Source of the DNA: Podarcis tiliguerta
Lineage: Eukaryota
DNA length: 64,000 nt
Strand: one strand, 5' to 3'
NCBI GenBank assembly: GCA_965153285.1
Contig: OZ229117.1
Position 1 is the stretch's first letter. Each line of letters opens with the position of its first letter. The position numbers and the translations under genes are program-made. Below, in pieces: positions 1 through 11,100 of the stretch. The notes below the pieces were generated by a model. It was not told where the DNA came from. It did not search any database and worked only from the letters and a program-made list of their open reading frames with translations.

Positions 1-18
1 GGTGGGGGTGCGGAAAAT

Positions 19-95
19 GATAGATGATAGATAGATAGAGAGATGATAGATGATAGATAGATAGATAGATAGATGATAGATAAATAGACAGACAG
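19..95 (+). repeat. (GATA)n/(GACA)n microsatellite, imperfect
   Basis: gatagatagatagatagat.. visible directly. Confidence 0.95.
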
Positions 96-372
96 AAGGA
101 GCGTAGAGGAAACCCATTCTCCATTTATTTATATCCCCTCCCACCTGTGCAAAACTGTGTTAGCAGGCTTACCTGGCTTTGGGGAAATGGCATAAGGGCT
201 CTGGCAGCATCCCAGAGCCCTTGTGCCACCAACCCAAAGCTGGGGAAACAGCCCTCCACCTTGCAGGAGACCTGATTCAGGGGTTCCTGACTTTATGCAT
301 TTTTGTCTTTACACATGGAACTTGGAAACTGAACCCTTGCGTCAGATGTGGGCTTGCTGTATGTAGCCAATA

Positions 373-492
373 TGGTGCCCTCCATATGTTTTGGACTACA
401 ACTCGCATCAGGCTCTGCAGGCGTGGCCAGCAGCCAGGGATTATGGGAGTTACAGCCCACAACATATGGAGGGCACCACGTTGGCCACCCCT
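373..492. mobile_element. Short palindromic MITE, hAT-like (family A)
   Basis: tggtgccctccatatgtt..ggactacaactc / gggagttacagccc..aacatatggagggcacca are inverted repeats; many related copies in the window. Confidence 0.8.
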
Positions 493-600
493 AGACTACA
501 TGATGCCTAGGATCACTTTGTGGGAGGAGCGGTGTGGGGAGGACGAGGGGTGACAGTTTGACCATCTACTGGACCAGTGTTCCTTTTGCTGACCACACAG

Positions 601-755
601 ATCACCATCTGTAAGAATGACGAGTGTGTGCTAGAAGACAATTCCCAGCGAACCAAGTGGAAAGTGATCAGCCCTACCGGAAACGAGGCCATGGTCCCGT
701 CTGTTTGCTTCTTGGTGCCCCCTCCTAACAAAGAGGCCATTGATGTGGCCAGCAG
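601..755 (+). CDS. MACF1: MACF1 exon w1, plakin-domain SH3 insert ([42 protein letters not shown]..)
   Basis: cacag|ATC ... GCAG|gtaaag; 155 nt, ends phase 2. Confidence 0.95.
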
Positions 756-967
756 GTAAAGGGATCTTTCTTTCCTTGAGCAGTGCCAGGGTTCCTATTG
801 ACCTGGGGGTTCTGTAGGTGTGTGCATGTAAAAGAAAACAAAATGTTTGCAGCAATTTGGTGGGGGGTTGGGTCTGCTGGCATGTGTAACATAAACTTTT
901 TAACATGTGCCCTCCCTGTGGAATGCCCTCCCACCAGATGTCAAAGAGAACAACAACTACCAGACTT

Positions 968-1118
968 TTAGAAGACACCTGAAGGCAGCCCTGTTTAGGG
1001 AAGCTTTTAAAGTTTGATGTATTACAGTATTTTAATATTTTTTTGGAAGCCGCCCAGAGTGGCTGGGAAGCCCAGCCAGATGGGCGGGGTATAAATTATT
1101 ATTATTATTATTATTATT
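968..1118 (+). mobile_element. L2-type LINE 3' end with (TTA)n tail
   Basis: ggaagccgcccagagtggctggg..gatgggcggggtataaa followed by (tta)n, typical of squamate L2 termini. Confidence 0.7.
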
Positions 1119-1346
1119 AGGAAAGGAATAGTTTTCAACAGAGCTCTACATGTAGAACAAAATCTAGCTACTGGTGCAAAGGATACAGAAACCTAAGATC
1201 ATACCTTCTGCCCATTGAAGATTCTAGTTCTCGTTGTGGTCCAGATGGGTACAGCATCTGTCTCTTTCTCCCAGAGCCAGAAAACTTCCCAGGCAATCAA
1301 ACACTTTGAAGTTGGTATCTATGATTTTGCCGTGGCTCTTTAGCCT

Positions 1347-1694
1347 AGGGGTAGGGGCAAGTTTGAACCTTTTTTAGCCCAAAGGCTACATTTATTCTGG
1401 GCAATATTCCAGGGGCCACATGCCCGTCCTGGGTGAGGCAGGAGGCAAAAGTGGGCAAAGCAACAAATGTGAAAGTTGCCTTTCTACTGTAGGCAAATTT
1501 CTTTGTATGTACAGAAAACCCTCTCTGTCCTCCAGCCAGCCAAGCAAGAAGTATCATCCAGGTTCAATAACTTATTTCAGCCAGGCAAAAATACTCGAGG
1601 GGTGTAGATGAGGAGGGTGTGTCCTGGGGGGGGGATCCTGAAAGCCAGCTTGGAGGGTTACATGTGGCCTCTGGGTCTGAAGTTTGTCAGCTGG
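1347..1694. mobile_element. Degraded hAT-like MITE
   Basis: Ends ..cccaaaggctacatt..ggggccacatg and ..catgtggcctctgggtctgaagtttg resemble the related copy at ~52945-53146. Confidence 0.45.
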
Positions 1695-1972
1695 CTTCTA
1701 AAAGTGTTATGTTGGAAATGGATTTTTGGGGGCAGTGGTAGCTCAATTCTTGCCTTTTGTGAGAGGTTGCATTTACCTTTTGAATATGAGGAGCTGCTTT
1801 GAACTGTGTCAGAACAACATTTCCAATACTGTCTTTGCCTGACCCATCCTGGGACAGAGACTTGCTCCCCCTGGCCTTCCTGAGTAGATACAGCGTAATA
1901 TACCATAATTCAGAAGGTTGATGTCCACATGGTGCTGCAAACACCCAATTTTGAACTGCCTTCCAATTGTAG

Positions 1973-2099
1973 GGTGGAACAGCTGTACCAGAAGGTGATG
2001 GCCTTGTGGCACCAGCTCCATGTAAATATGAAGAGCCTTGTTTCCTGGAACTACTTGAGAAAAGACATTGCTCTGGTGCAAAGCTGGAATATGGAGAAG
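1973..2099 (+). CDS. MACF1: MACF1 exon w2 (VEQLYQKVMALWHQLHVNMKSLVSWNYLRKDIALVQSWNMEK)
   Basis: tgtag|G ... AAG|gtaata; 127 nt, phase 2-0. Confidence 0.95.
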
Positions 2100-2994
2100 G
2101 TAATACTGCAAGCCCCAGAGTGATGCTTGCCAGTCAGATAAGGGTGTGCACAGCTAAAGCATGCGAATCGTAAAAGTGGCCTCCTGATTGGGTGGAGCTG
2201 GACAGGAAGTTAGAAGGTGGTGGGAGGAAATGGGAAGGTAAGGTTGTCTAATAATACAAGACTGAAGAATTAATGTGTGCATGGGGGTGAGGGCGAGGCC
2301 AAGGCATTACCTTGGCAACCAAAGACTTCCTTTAGTAAAATCAGCCCAATAAAATAATAAGTTGTTTTCATATGCCACCAATATAGTGCCACTTCACAGC
2401 ATAACCAAAAAGAACATCCTGCTTAAACTCCTGAATTTAGAAGGTTATAGAATGATAACTAACCACTTCTTTTTCATATAACAGCCCCATTACACAAATA
2501 TCACCCCTATTCTTCCTTGGCCACTGAAAGCCAAAGCCAGCTCAAACAAATACATTGCAGATGAGGTAGCTCTGCCACTCTGTTACTTCAAAAACAATAA
2601 CAACTTGGGGGTAGTAAAGACCAACCAACTTTATTGTGGCATAAACTCTTGTGGGCTAAGCCCCATTTCACCATATACCTGAAACTTTGTGTTATCTGCC
2701 AAAGTAGGTATTGGCCCACAAAAAATGATGCCATAATAAGTCTGTTGGTGATAAGATGCCACAAGACTTTTTATCCATGTGAATCAAAAACAAGGAAGGT
2801 GCCTTAGATTTGTTTCATACACATGCCTCCTACTCAGAGCTAGTCTTGTGTGTGTTGCTTGTCTCCAGTGATATTACAGTTACTGGCCAATAGGCACGCA
2901 TGTCCTTCTGAGGGGGTAATAACATTGCTAGCACCTTTGCAAAGTTAAATAGAGTCCAGTATGGTTTCTAATTGGATGTGGGGGGCATGTGTTG

Positions 2995-3073
2995 AGATTT
3001 CTGCATTTCAGGGGTTTGGACTAGATGACCCTCAGTGTCCCTTCCAACTCTTGAATTCTAAGATTTTATGATT
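2995..3073 (+). mobile_element. CR1-type 3' tail fragment
   Basis: ggactagatgaccctc..cccttccaactc..attctaagattttatgatt; same tail as 8734 and 44805. Confidence 0.75.
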
Positions 3074-3261
3074 GTGTGAATTTCCTAGCTTGAAGCAACA
3101 AACACCTGCAAAACTTGTTTGACTGGAGCCAGCAATGAGACAAAAAATAATGCCTACCATTTTTGTCATCTTTGCTTGTACTGGCCTGTGACTCCAAGCA
3201 TTGTTCATCTTCACTCAATGTGAACATGTCCCCTTTGTGTTTGTGTGTGTGCAACTCACAG

Positions 3262-3445
3262 CTCAGGGCCCTGGCTCCAGGGGAATGCCACCAAACCATG
3301 AGGAGCCTGCAGGTGCACTACGATGATTTCTTGGAGGACAGCCGGGATTCAGAGCTCTTCTCTGTAACAGATCGGCTGCGCCTAGAGGAGGATGTGGACT
3401 CATGCAAGGAGCACTTCCAGCAGCTTTTGCAGTCAATGGAAAATG
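3262..3445 (+). CDS. MACF1: MACF1 exon w3 (LRALAPGECHQ..LLQSMEN)
   Basis: cacag|CTC ... AATG|gtaagc; 184 nt, phase 0-1. Confidence 0.95.
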
Positions 3446-3582
3446 GTAAGCTGTCTGAGCCTAGATTAGCTTTGCCAGCCTGGTGCCTCTTTCCTTCCAT
3501 CAGCTCTGGGCTTGGTGAAGCCTGGCCTAGATGATTAATATTCTATGGCTTGGTTTTAACTATTTATTTTGTGCTTCTAGCC

Positions 3583-4058
3583 CAGGGGTCACCAAACTTT
3601 TTCAGGAGGGGGCCAGTCCACTGTGCCTCAGACCTTGTGGGGGGCCAGACCCACCCCCTCCCGAAAGCACACACACACACACACACACACCCCCGCCGAT
3701 GCCACTCACGCCAACGATGCCTTGTCTTCGGCAGTGTCAGCATCCTCTTTCTTGGCGGGGCGCAGAGCCCATGCCGCTGGCCTGGGCGGCAGAGGCAGCT
3801 TCCACGCTGCTGCCGCTTCCTTCCCGCTCGGCCGCCTCAGCAGGAAGAAAGGAATGGCGCCCAGAGGTGTCCATGGCTTTTGATTGGCTGCAGGAGCTTC
3901 CTGCAGCCAATCAGAAGCTGTGCTGCATCGCAGAAGTCAGTCTCTGTGCGGCAAGTCCTCCGCACCACGCCTGTTTAGTGCGGGGACTGACTGAGCAGGC
4001 GGCAGGGTTCGCAAGGTGGGCCGTATCTAGCCCGCGGACCTTAGATTGCTGACCTCTG
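3583..4058. mobile_element. hAT-superfamily MITE with perfect 8-bp TSD
   Basis: TIRs caggggtcaccaaact / agattgctgacctctg; TSD ttctagcc at 3575-3582 and 4059-4066; CpG-rich interior; (CA)n at 3668-3690. Confidence 0.9.
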
Positions 4059-4660
4059 TTCTAGCCTGTATTTTTATTTGTGAACTGCCCTGAGATCTTC
4101 TGATGAAGGGTAGAAAATGAATGAATGAATGGGAATATTTGCAGTGTGAGAGATGGAAGGAACAATAACTATTTCATTCAGAGGTGACTCTGGCCGCCAA
4201 ATCAATGTTTTTTTCTGGCCCCAGGAGCTCTCTCCTGTTTTGACCAAGTAAAATAAACACATGAGGGGCGCTATAGGGGTGAGCAGGCTAGCTGCATCCC
4301 TTGCAAAGTGAAGGGCGCCTCCTGTATGTGTGGAGGCTCCCTACACATTTCATAACCCTGAAAATCAGGGATCTCAAATGTACAGTCCTCTAAAGCAGAT
4401 TCTAATGTTTGGTTCATGGCACTGCACTGTCCACTGTAACCAGCAGTGATTCCCCCAGGGTCTCTTGCAGATGAAGGCCTTTATTTCCCAACCCTGCTAT
4501 CTTCTGAGGTCCTTTCTAATGGAAGATGCAAGGGACTGGGGCAAAACATGGAGCTTCTATTGAGCTTCCAAACAGCAATAGTATTGGCCCACATCTGAGC
4601 ACATGAAACAGCTGGAGGAAGATTTCAGTTATTTTGCTTTTGTTGTACATGTGTGAACAG

Positions 4661-4830
4661 AGGACAAAGATGAGACTGCTTCTCGGACATACCTCTCTGA
4701 GCTGAAGAATATTCGGCTTCACCTGGAGGAGTGTGAACAACGTCTGGTGGGCACCATCCGGACACCAAGCAGCACAAGAACTGATGGGGATGCCCTGCAG
4801 GAAAACACTTTCCGGCTTGCCGAGCAGGAG
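4661..4830 (+). CDS. MACF1: MACF1 exon w4 (EDKDETASRTYLSELKNIRL..RLAEQE)
   Basis: aacag|AG ... GAG|gttggt; 170 nt, phase 1-0; not in the ORF track. Confidence 0.93.
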
Positions 4831-5018
4831 GTTGGTGTTTTATAGTCTTCGGGGAATATTCCAGATTTTGGACAGTATGACTGAAAAGTCCCTTCTTTGA
4901 CTTGTTACATCCCCCAGCTTAGTTCTTGCCCCTGCTGACCATTGCTGTGAAGGCAGATATGTAGCATGAAAGGTCAGCATCTCTGCTCTTACTCACTAAC
5001 ATCTGTTGGTCTCTGCAG

Positions 5019-5197
5019 AGATTGAAGGAAGATTTGAATCACTTGAAGGACGACATGGAGCAACTTTCTGAGAGATGCACTATTTTCCTGCACAAGTCTC
5101 CAACGGGAACCAGCACCCCACACCTTCGTTCTGAGCTTAACCTGCTGGTGGAAAAGATGGACCATGTCTACGGGCTCTCAACTATCTATCTGGACAA
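5019..5197 (+). CDS. MACF1: MACF1 exon w5 (RLKEDLNHL..PHLRSELNLLVEKMDHVYGLSTIYLDK)
   Basis: ctgcag|AGA ... AA|gtgagt; 179 nt, phase 0-2. Confidence 0.94.
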
Positions 5198-5781
5198 GTG
5201 AGTTCTTATACCCGTCTTGTTATCAAGCCAAGAGAGGGAACCACTTGTTTCTGTATGATAGGAACATACACACAGACCAGCACAGACTACTGGTCCTTCT
5301 AGCTCAGTACTGACTCTGAACCTGAAAGCTTTTACATACAGAGTGTGTGCTCTGCTGTGGTTACTCTGTAAAATGTAGAGACCTTTTGGCTGTTAGCATC
5401 CTAATACATGAAGAGTGGTTTATTCAGTCCCCTGGAATGCATGCAATGGGGCTTATTCAGTCCCCTAGAATCCAGTAACTTTTGGAGAATGCCCAGAGGA
5501 AATGACCACTGGATTCCATTTTCTCAAAGCCAGTTGCTTCTGACTGGAATAGTTCAGCAACACTAGGATTCTGAGATCTATGTTGAGTTCAAGCGATACA
5601 GATCTTAATTTTGTATGTACTTGCAGTGAAGGAGGGAGGCCAGGAATGGCAGTCATTTTGGGAACCCCTTAGGTTGCGATGACATCCACCCACTTGGCCA
5701 GATACAAGCATGCTGATGTGTCACCAAATAAAAGCTTGTCATAGTTTCAGGAAGTGAAGTTTCCCTTTTTATATCTGATAG

Positions 5782-5920
5782 GTTAAAGACTGTGGACGTT
5801 ATCATTCGCAATACCCAAGGAGCTGAGTCTTTGGTCAAAGGCTTTGAGGTTAAACTGAGCCAGGAGGAGGCTGTGCCTGCGGACCTAAGTGCCATTCAGT
5901 CTCACCGAGCCACATTACAG
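5782..5920 (+). CDS. MACF1: MACF1 exon w6 (LKTVDVIIRNTQGAESLVKGFEVKLSQEEAVPADLSAIQSHRATLQ)
   Basis: gatag|G ... CAG|gtaagc; 139 nt, phase 2-0. Confidence 0.95.
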
Positions 5921-6364
5921 GTAAGCTTTTCCCTCCACCAGCTGGGTCCTCCGGGTGGGGGGACGCCTGTCTCATGTGGCTGCAAATTCTTACTGTCCTG
6001 ATGCAGCTTATTGCTGCCTGATTGTGAACAGCAAACCAAACAGCTGTGCCTTTCAGGCCATGTTGCTCCTCAGGTTGATGCTGATAGCTCTTGGCAATGA
6101 GTCTGGCTTGTGCCAAGCTGATGAACACAGCATCTTGCATCTCCTGCCCTCTAGCGTCTGCCTGCTTCAACAGATGTGCTTTGGATCTCCCAGCCATTCT
6201 GTGGGTGGACAAGAAGCCATTGTGTATTGAAGAAATGTACTTACCCTCCTTGAGCCAAATAGTTCTTTTTTTTTTTAAGCAAATACCTTTTAAGATCAGT
6301 AAATGAAGTTAGGTATTTACAAACACATAAGCTTGAAACAAACAATGCAAACATTATTTTTTAC

Positions 6365-6503
6365 CAGAGGAGACTAACCTGTGGTCCTCCATATGTTGTT
6401 GGACCCTAGCTCCCATTAACCCTAGCCAGCATGGTCAGCAGTCGGGAATCAAGAGGAGTTGCAGTCCACCAACATCTGGAGGGCCACAGGTGTCCCACCC
6501 CTG
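6365..6503. mobile_element. Palindromic MITE family A copy
   Basis: cctgtggtcctccatatgttg.. / ..caacatctggagggccacagg inverted. Confidence 0.8.
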
Positions 6504-6579
6504 TAACAATAAGCTGCAGTTAAATTTAAGGCCTGAAGGGAAAGACTTGGCTTGGCAGTTACGTGAATTCAGTGACCAG

Positions 6580-6658
6580 GTACTGCTAAGTGAAGCCATG
6601 GTTTAGCACAAAGGTGCAAGTTTCCAGGGAAAATGCAGCTGCATGGATCTTCTTCTGG

Positions 6659-6697
<39 letters not shown>

Positions 6698-6978
6698 GCT
6701 GCTGTGAGTTTCACCATGGTTTGGCTTAACGTAACGTCTGAACCCAGGTTTGTGGTTTATCCCAGATAAACCACAAGTGGTAAGTCATAGAACACTCTAT
6801 GTCTAGAGTGACATAAACTATGAGCTCAGGTTTGGGTGTAATGCTAAGCCCAACTGTGGCTTAGTTTATGGCAACATGGTGGTGGCAGGATTGGAGGAGG
6901 AAAAGAGTGACCACAATCACCTGTCCAGAGGCCCACAAGCTTGCCTTTTTTGGCTTAGCATTGTGTGTGAACTGAGTC
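6580..6978. mobile_element. Fold-back DNA element (family B) containing a (CTG)12 tract at 6661-6696
   Basis: Shares ccatggtttggct..gtctgaacc.agg.ttgtggttta and the tgtgaac end with 10517-10911. Confidence 0.7.
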
Positions 6979-7385
6979 AATGTCCTATTATTTTTATATG
7001 CTTGTCTTTGTAATCACTCTCTAGACAGATGTGGTATTTTTAGTTCTTTTTAAAGTGTGTTGATTGAAATGATTATGTATTTATCCTTTTAGCTATATGC
7101 CCCGAGTTCATTAAACAAAGAGTAGTATAAAACCTTAATAAATAAATATTCACAGCACTGTGAACCTAGTGGCCTTCAGACATTTTGCAGAACAGTTCCA
7201 CACAGTCCCAGCTAACATGGCAGTGCTGGCTGGGGCTGATGGGAGTTGCAGTCCCAACACATCTGGGCGACACCAGGTTGGTTAAGGCTAACCCAGAGGA
7301 TGGGTTCTTGCAGCCTGCCTATTATTTATTTCAGTCATTCTCAATCAGCGCTTCTCCCTCTCTTTCTCCATTTTTAATGCTGCAG

Positions 7386-7579
7386 CAATGGATCAGTGAA
7401 GTGAACGATAAGGGCAATGTCTTTGCTATGTTGGAAGATGACTTGGCAAGAGCCAAAGTTGTGACAGACCAGCTGTACCGTCTGAAGCAGGAGCGCAGTC
7501 CGGACCTGGAGCGCTACCAGGAGAAAGGGAGCCAACTCTGGGATCGCTGGCAGAGAGTCAGCCTACAGATCGAGACTCG
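7386..7579 (+). CDS. MACF1: MACF1 exon w7 (QWISEVNDKG..PDLERYQEKGSQLWDRWQRVSLQIETR)
   Basis: ctgcag|CAA ... CG|gtgaga; 194 nt, phase 0-2. Confidence 0.94.
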
Positions 7580-8265
7580 GTGAGAAGAACCACCTCTGGG
7601 CAACTGCTTTCTCACTGATAGCCTAATCCACACTTTTCTGTTTGTTGCCCTCTAAATGTTCCAGACTGCAACTGCCAGCTACTCCCTTTTTGTTTTCTGT
7701 ACCCTGCTCTGGGATTCCTTGGGTAATAAATGATTCAAAATAAAGGAAAATTAAAACAAAAGAGAGAGAATAATGCCTACCCGTACCCCATATCTTGCTG
7801 CTTTTGAGAAGGACATGAGCCAGTTCTTGCGCAGGAAAACAGAGAAGGACTCTGCAGAGGTTTTTGTTGCTGTTTCTGCTAGGCAAGAAGGGGTTAAAGA
7901 GTCTTGCAGGAAGTGAGGGTAGATGCCAGTGTTGCCTCTGTCACCAGATCAAAATATGGCTCTTGGTAAAGATTAGTTACCCAACATGGATTTGCCACTG
8001 GAATTATAGGTTGTTTTAGCGCTCATCTAAAAGTTCTAAGTGCCAAATCTTGCAGGATTCTACCATTCCAGGTCTTTAGTAAACCATCCCAAATTGCGAG
8101 CCTCTACAGGGCAGGACCTATCCTCTTTTCTTCTCTTTTTTACTTTAGAAAATGCCATACACAGCAAAACTGTTCTTACATCAAATCAATATTGTTCATA
8201 CAACTTCAGGCTCCATAGTTTTATCTCACTCACATTTTCGCTTCCTCCTCTTCATCTCTTGACAG

Positions 8266-8428
8266 CCGATCAGAGCTGGAGAGTATTGAGGAAGTACTGA
8301 GTGATTACCGGAACTGTCATGGGGCACTGATCCAGTGGATTGAGGAGACCACAACACAGCAGGAACTGATGAAACCTGGACAAGCGGAGGATAGCAGGGT
8401 TCTTTCAGAGCAACTCAGCCAGCAAATG
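8266..8428 (+). CDS. MACF1: MACF1 exon w8 (RSELESIEEVLSDYRNCHGALIQWIEETTTQQELMKPGQAEDSRVLSEQLSQQM)
   Basis: gacag|C ... ATG|gtaagg; 163 nt, phase 2-0. Confidence 0.95.
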
Positions 8429-8733
8429 GTAAGGCCTGGACAAAGCCAGTGTTGCTTAAGCCATGGTCTGCTTAACAAATCACAGGTTAACTGCAAGTTA
8501 TTCTACCGATGATCAAACAAATCATGGTTTGTTTCTCCAGAGTTTGTTTTGCTTTCCAGATGCTCTTGCCTCATGTCTTTGTAGCATCTGAGAGTGGGGA
8601 GTGACCAAACGAACCATGCTTAAGGAAGGGCGCTGGGTTTGTGCGTAATGCATAGCCATAGTTAAAATTCATAAGCTTTAGGATTTGTGGAGAACAAAGC
8701 AGTTAATAAATAGATTATTAGTGGCTGCTAGTA

Positions 8734-8873
8734 ATAGAATCACAAAATTGGAAGGGACTACAAGTATCATCTAGTCTAACTCCCTGGAATGCAGGAATCT
8801 TTTGCCCAAGAGGGGGACGTGAACCCATGACCCTGGGATTAAGAGTCTCATGCTCTACTAACTGAGCTATCCC
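8734..8873 (-). mobile_element. tRNA-Lys(CTT)-derived SINE with CR1 tail (not a tRNA gene)
   Basis: Minus strand reads GGGATAGCTCAGTTAGTAGAGCATGAGACTCTTAATCCCAGGGTCATGGGTTCACGTCCCCCTCTTGGGC, close to tRNA-Lys-CTT, then gattcctgcatt..gactagatga..cccttccaa..gattctat. Confidence 0.85.
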
Positions 8874-9256
8874 TCTGAATACCAGTTTCTGGGAATCTGT
8901 GTGGGAAGACAGCTGTTGCATTTGGGTCCTGCTTGCTGGTTTCCCGAATGAATCTGGGAAAGACTATGCTGGACTAGATGGATCTTTGACCTGATCCAAC
9001 TGGTTGTCTCTTAGGGCTTTTTGAAGGAAAAGAACCATAAATTAGGAAGGCGGGGGTGTCCCTAGCTCAGTGACAGACTGATAACTGTGGGGATGTTCTT
9101 GTTGGAATAATTAACTCAGTAATTAAGTGAAGTGTGTGGGCGGTGTGATGTGAATCTGTAGGAAAGAGAACACAGAGAGAACAAACCACCTTAGAGGGCA
9201 GATAAACCTTCCAGTTTGTCACCATGATTTCAACATTGCTTTCTCTTGCATTTAAG

Positions 9257-9340
9257 GCACTGTTTGCTGAAATAGAGGCAAATCAAGCCAAACTGGACCA
9301 GTGTCAGAAACTATCTCAGCAATACTCAGCTGCTGTCAAG
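9257..9340 (+). CDS. MACF1: MACF1 exon w9 (ALFAEIEANQAKLDQCQKLSQQYSAAVK)
   Basis: tttaag|GCA ... AAG|gtaata; 84 nt, phase 0-0. Confidence 0.94.
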
Positions 9341-9702
9341 GTAATACGATGGCTGTTCTGACTGAGTCTGATGGGAATTGTATCGGGAGAGCACCAGATT
9401 GGCAAAGGCGGATTTAGATGGTTATCTGAAATGCAAATGACCGAACCACAAGAGATATGTGGGTTCTTTAAAGTTATCCCATGAGCTCTGGGAGGATCTG
9501 ATCAAAAACCTTTTCGAAACCATCATTTTCTTTTTCTTTTCGTTTTTTTTAAATCTACAACTTAAGTGGTTAAAAATTGACATAATATGCAGAACTTGCA
9601 AATATGACAGCCAAAATAAGGAATCTGGACATAAACAGACAAAGGGTGAATGGAAAGCTTTGGGAAGTATTTAAAAAATGATGCTAAAATCAGTTTACAA
9701 GT

Positions 9703-10271
9703 ACAGCCATACCTTGGTTTTCGAACAGCTTAGTTCTTGAACGTTTTGGCTCCTGAACGCCGCAAACCTAGAAGTGAGTGTTCCAGTTTGCAAACTACTG
9801 TATTTTTTGCTCTATAAGATGCACCAGACCACAAGACGCACCTAGTTTTTGGAGGATGAAAACAAGAAAAAAAATATTCTGAATCTCAGAAGCTAGAACA
9901 GCAAGAGGGATCGCTGTGCAGTGAAAGCAGCAATCCCTCTTGCTGTTCTGGCTTCTGGGATAGCTGTGCAGCCTGCATTCGCTCCATAAGACACACACAC
10001 ATTTCCCCTTACTTTTTAGGAGGGAAAAAGTGAGTCTTATAGAGCAAAAAATACAGTATTTTTGGAAGCCAGATGTCTGACAGGGCTTCCGTGGCTTCTG
10101 ATTGGGTGCAGGAGCTTCCTGCTCCCAATCAGAAGCCGCACTTTGGTTTCTGAACGTTTTGGAACTCAAACAGCTTATATTCGGGTATTGTCTTTTTCTC
10201 TCCCCCTCCTCCCCTGAATTGTAAAGGTGCGGCTTATTTGCAGGTGCAGCTTATATTCGGGCCAATACAGT
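9703..10271. mobile_element. Composite of nested Tc1/mariner-pogo-type MITEs
   Basis: Outer end ta|cagccataccttggttttcgaac; inner element 9798-10056; a third element end ..cttatattcgggccaatacag|ta. Confidence 0.75.
9798..10056. mobile_element. Intact Tc1/mariner-type MITE
   Basis: Perfect 22-bp TIR ctgtattttttgctctataaga; TA duplication at 9796-97 and 10057-58; internal hairpin ~9888-9957. Confidence 0.92.
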
Positions 10272-10450
10272 ATATGAACAGCAGTCAACTACAACAATGG
10301 TCTAGAAGGGATAAAAGTAGGGTGGATAAATAAATGGAGATGCAGCAAATTTAGGTTTATTATGAATGCCATGGAATGCTAGGTTGGGAAGTCTGTACAG
10401 AAATATTGTATGTGGGGAAAACAAGATGTATGAACAGAAAAATGGAAAAT

Positions 10451-10451
<1 letters not shown>

Positions 10452-10495
<44 letters not shown>
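10452..10495 (+). repeat. (AAT)n microsatellite
   Basis: taataataat.. visible directly. Confidence 0.95.
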
Positions 10496-10516
10496 GATAT
10501 ACAGAGAGAACACATT

Positions 10517-10911
10517 GGCCTAGTTCACATGTAACGCTAAGCCGAATCATAATTTAGCAGGTGGACTCCTGGGTCCTGTGTTCCTCTGTGGTTGTTTTGC
10601 TGCTGTGCTGCATTGAGCTAAGCCATGGTTTGGCTGAGCATGTTGTCTGAACCTAGGCTTGTGGTTTAGCTCTCCGCAGACAAACCTAGAACTTTAACTA
10701 ATGTTTATCCTATGGTTTACAACTTATGGTTTGTCCGGAGGGTAGCCTGGTTTCAGATGACACGTTAAGCCAAATCACAGCTTAGCTCAGCATAGCACAG
10801 CAGCAAAACAACCATGAAGTCTCAAAGCCACTGGGGTCTCTGTGGGAGGCCTTGTGTTTCCTCATTCATGCTAAGCCATGATGTGGCTTTGCGTTACATG
10901 TGAACAAGGGC
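10517..10911. mobile_element. Fold-back MITE family B, possibly PIF/Harbinger-like
   Basis: TIRs ggcctagttcacatgtaacgc / gcgttacatgtgaacaagggc; ATT on both flanks; nested internal inverted repeats. Older relatives at ~8450-8660, ~18470-18690 and ~31790-32060. Confidence 0.8.
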
Positions 10912-11100
10912 ATTGTGTGGCATCTTTAGTTTATTTATTACTACTTTTTCAAGAAATGCCCTTCATCCCAAGGAATCTCTCGTATACACGCCTGCTCAAT
11001 TTGCTTTGGGATTCTGTTTTTCATTTTCTGCTTTATGTGGCAGTACTAAATGTGGGGTTTGTGAACTGAAACTCCCATATTTCCATTTTTGCATTGTCAG

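Noticed and set aside
3531-4052. Overlapping 142-173 aa ORFs
   Set aside because: They lie in a GC-rich MITE with a (CA)n tract; stop-codon scarcity explains them and there are no transposase motifs.
8804-8873. Functional tRNA-Lys(CTT) gene on the minus strand
   Set aside because: The acceptor and T stems are disrupted, the B box is altered (GTTCACG), and it runs straight into a CR1 tail, so it is a SINE head.
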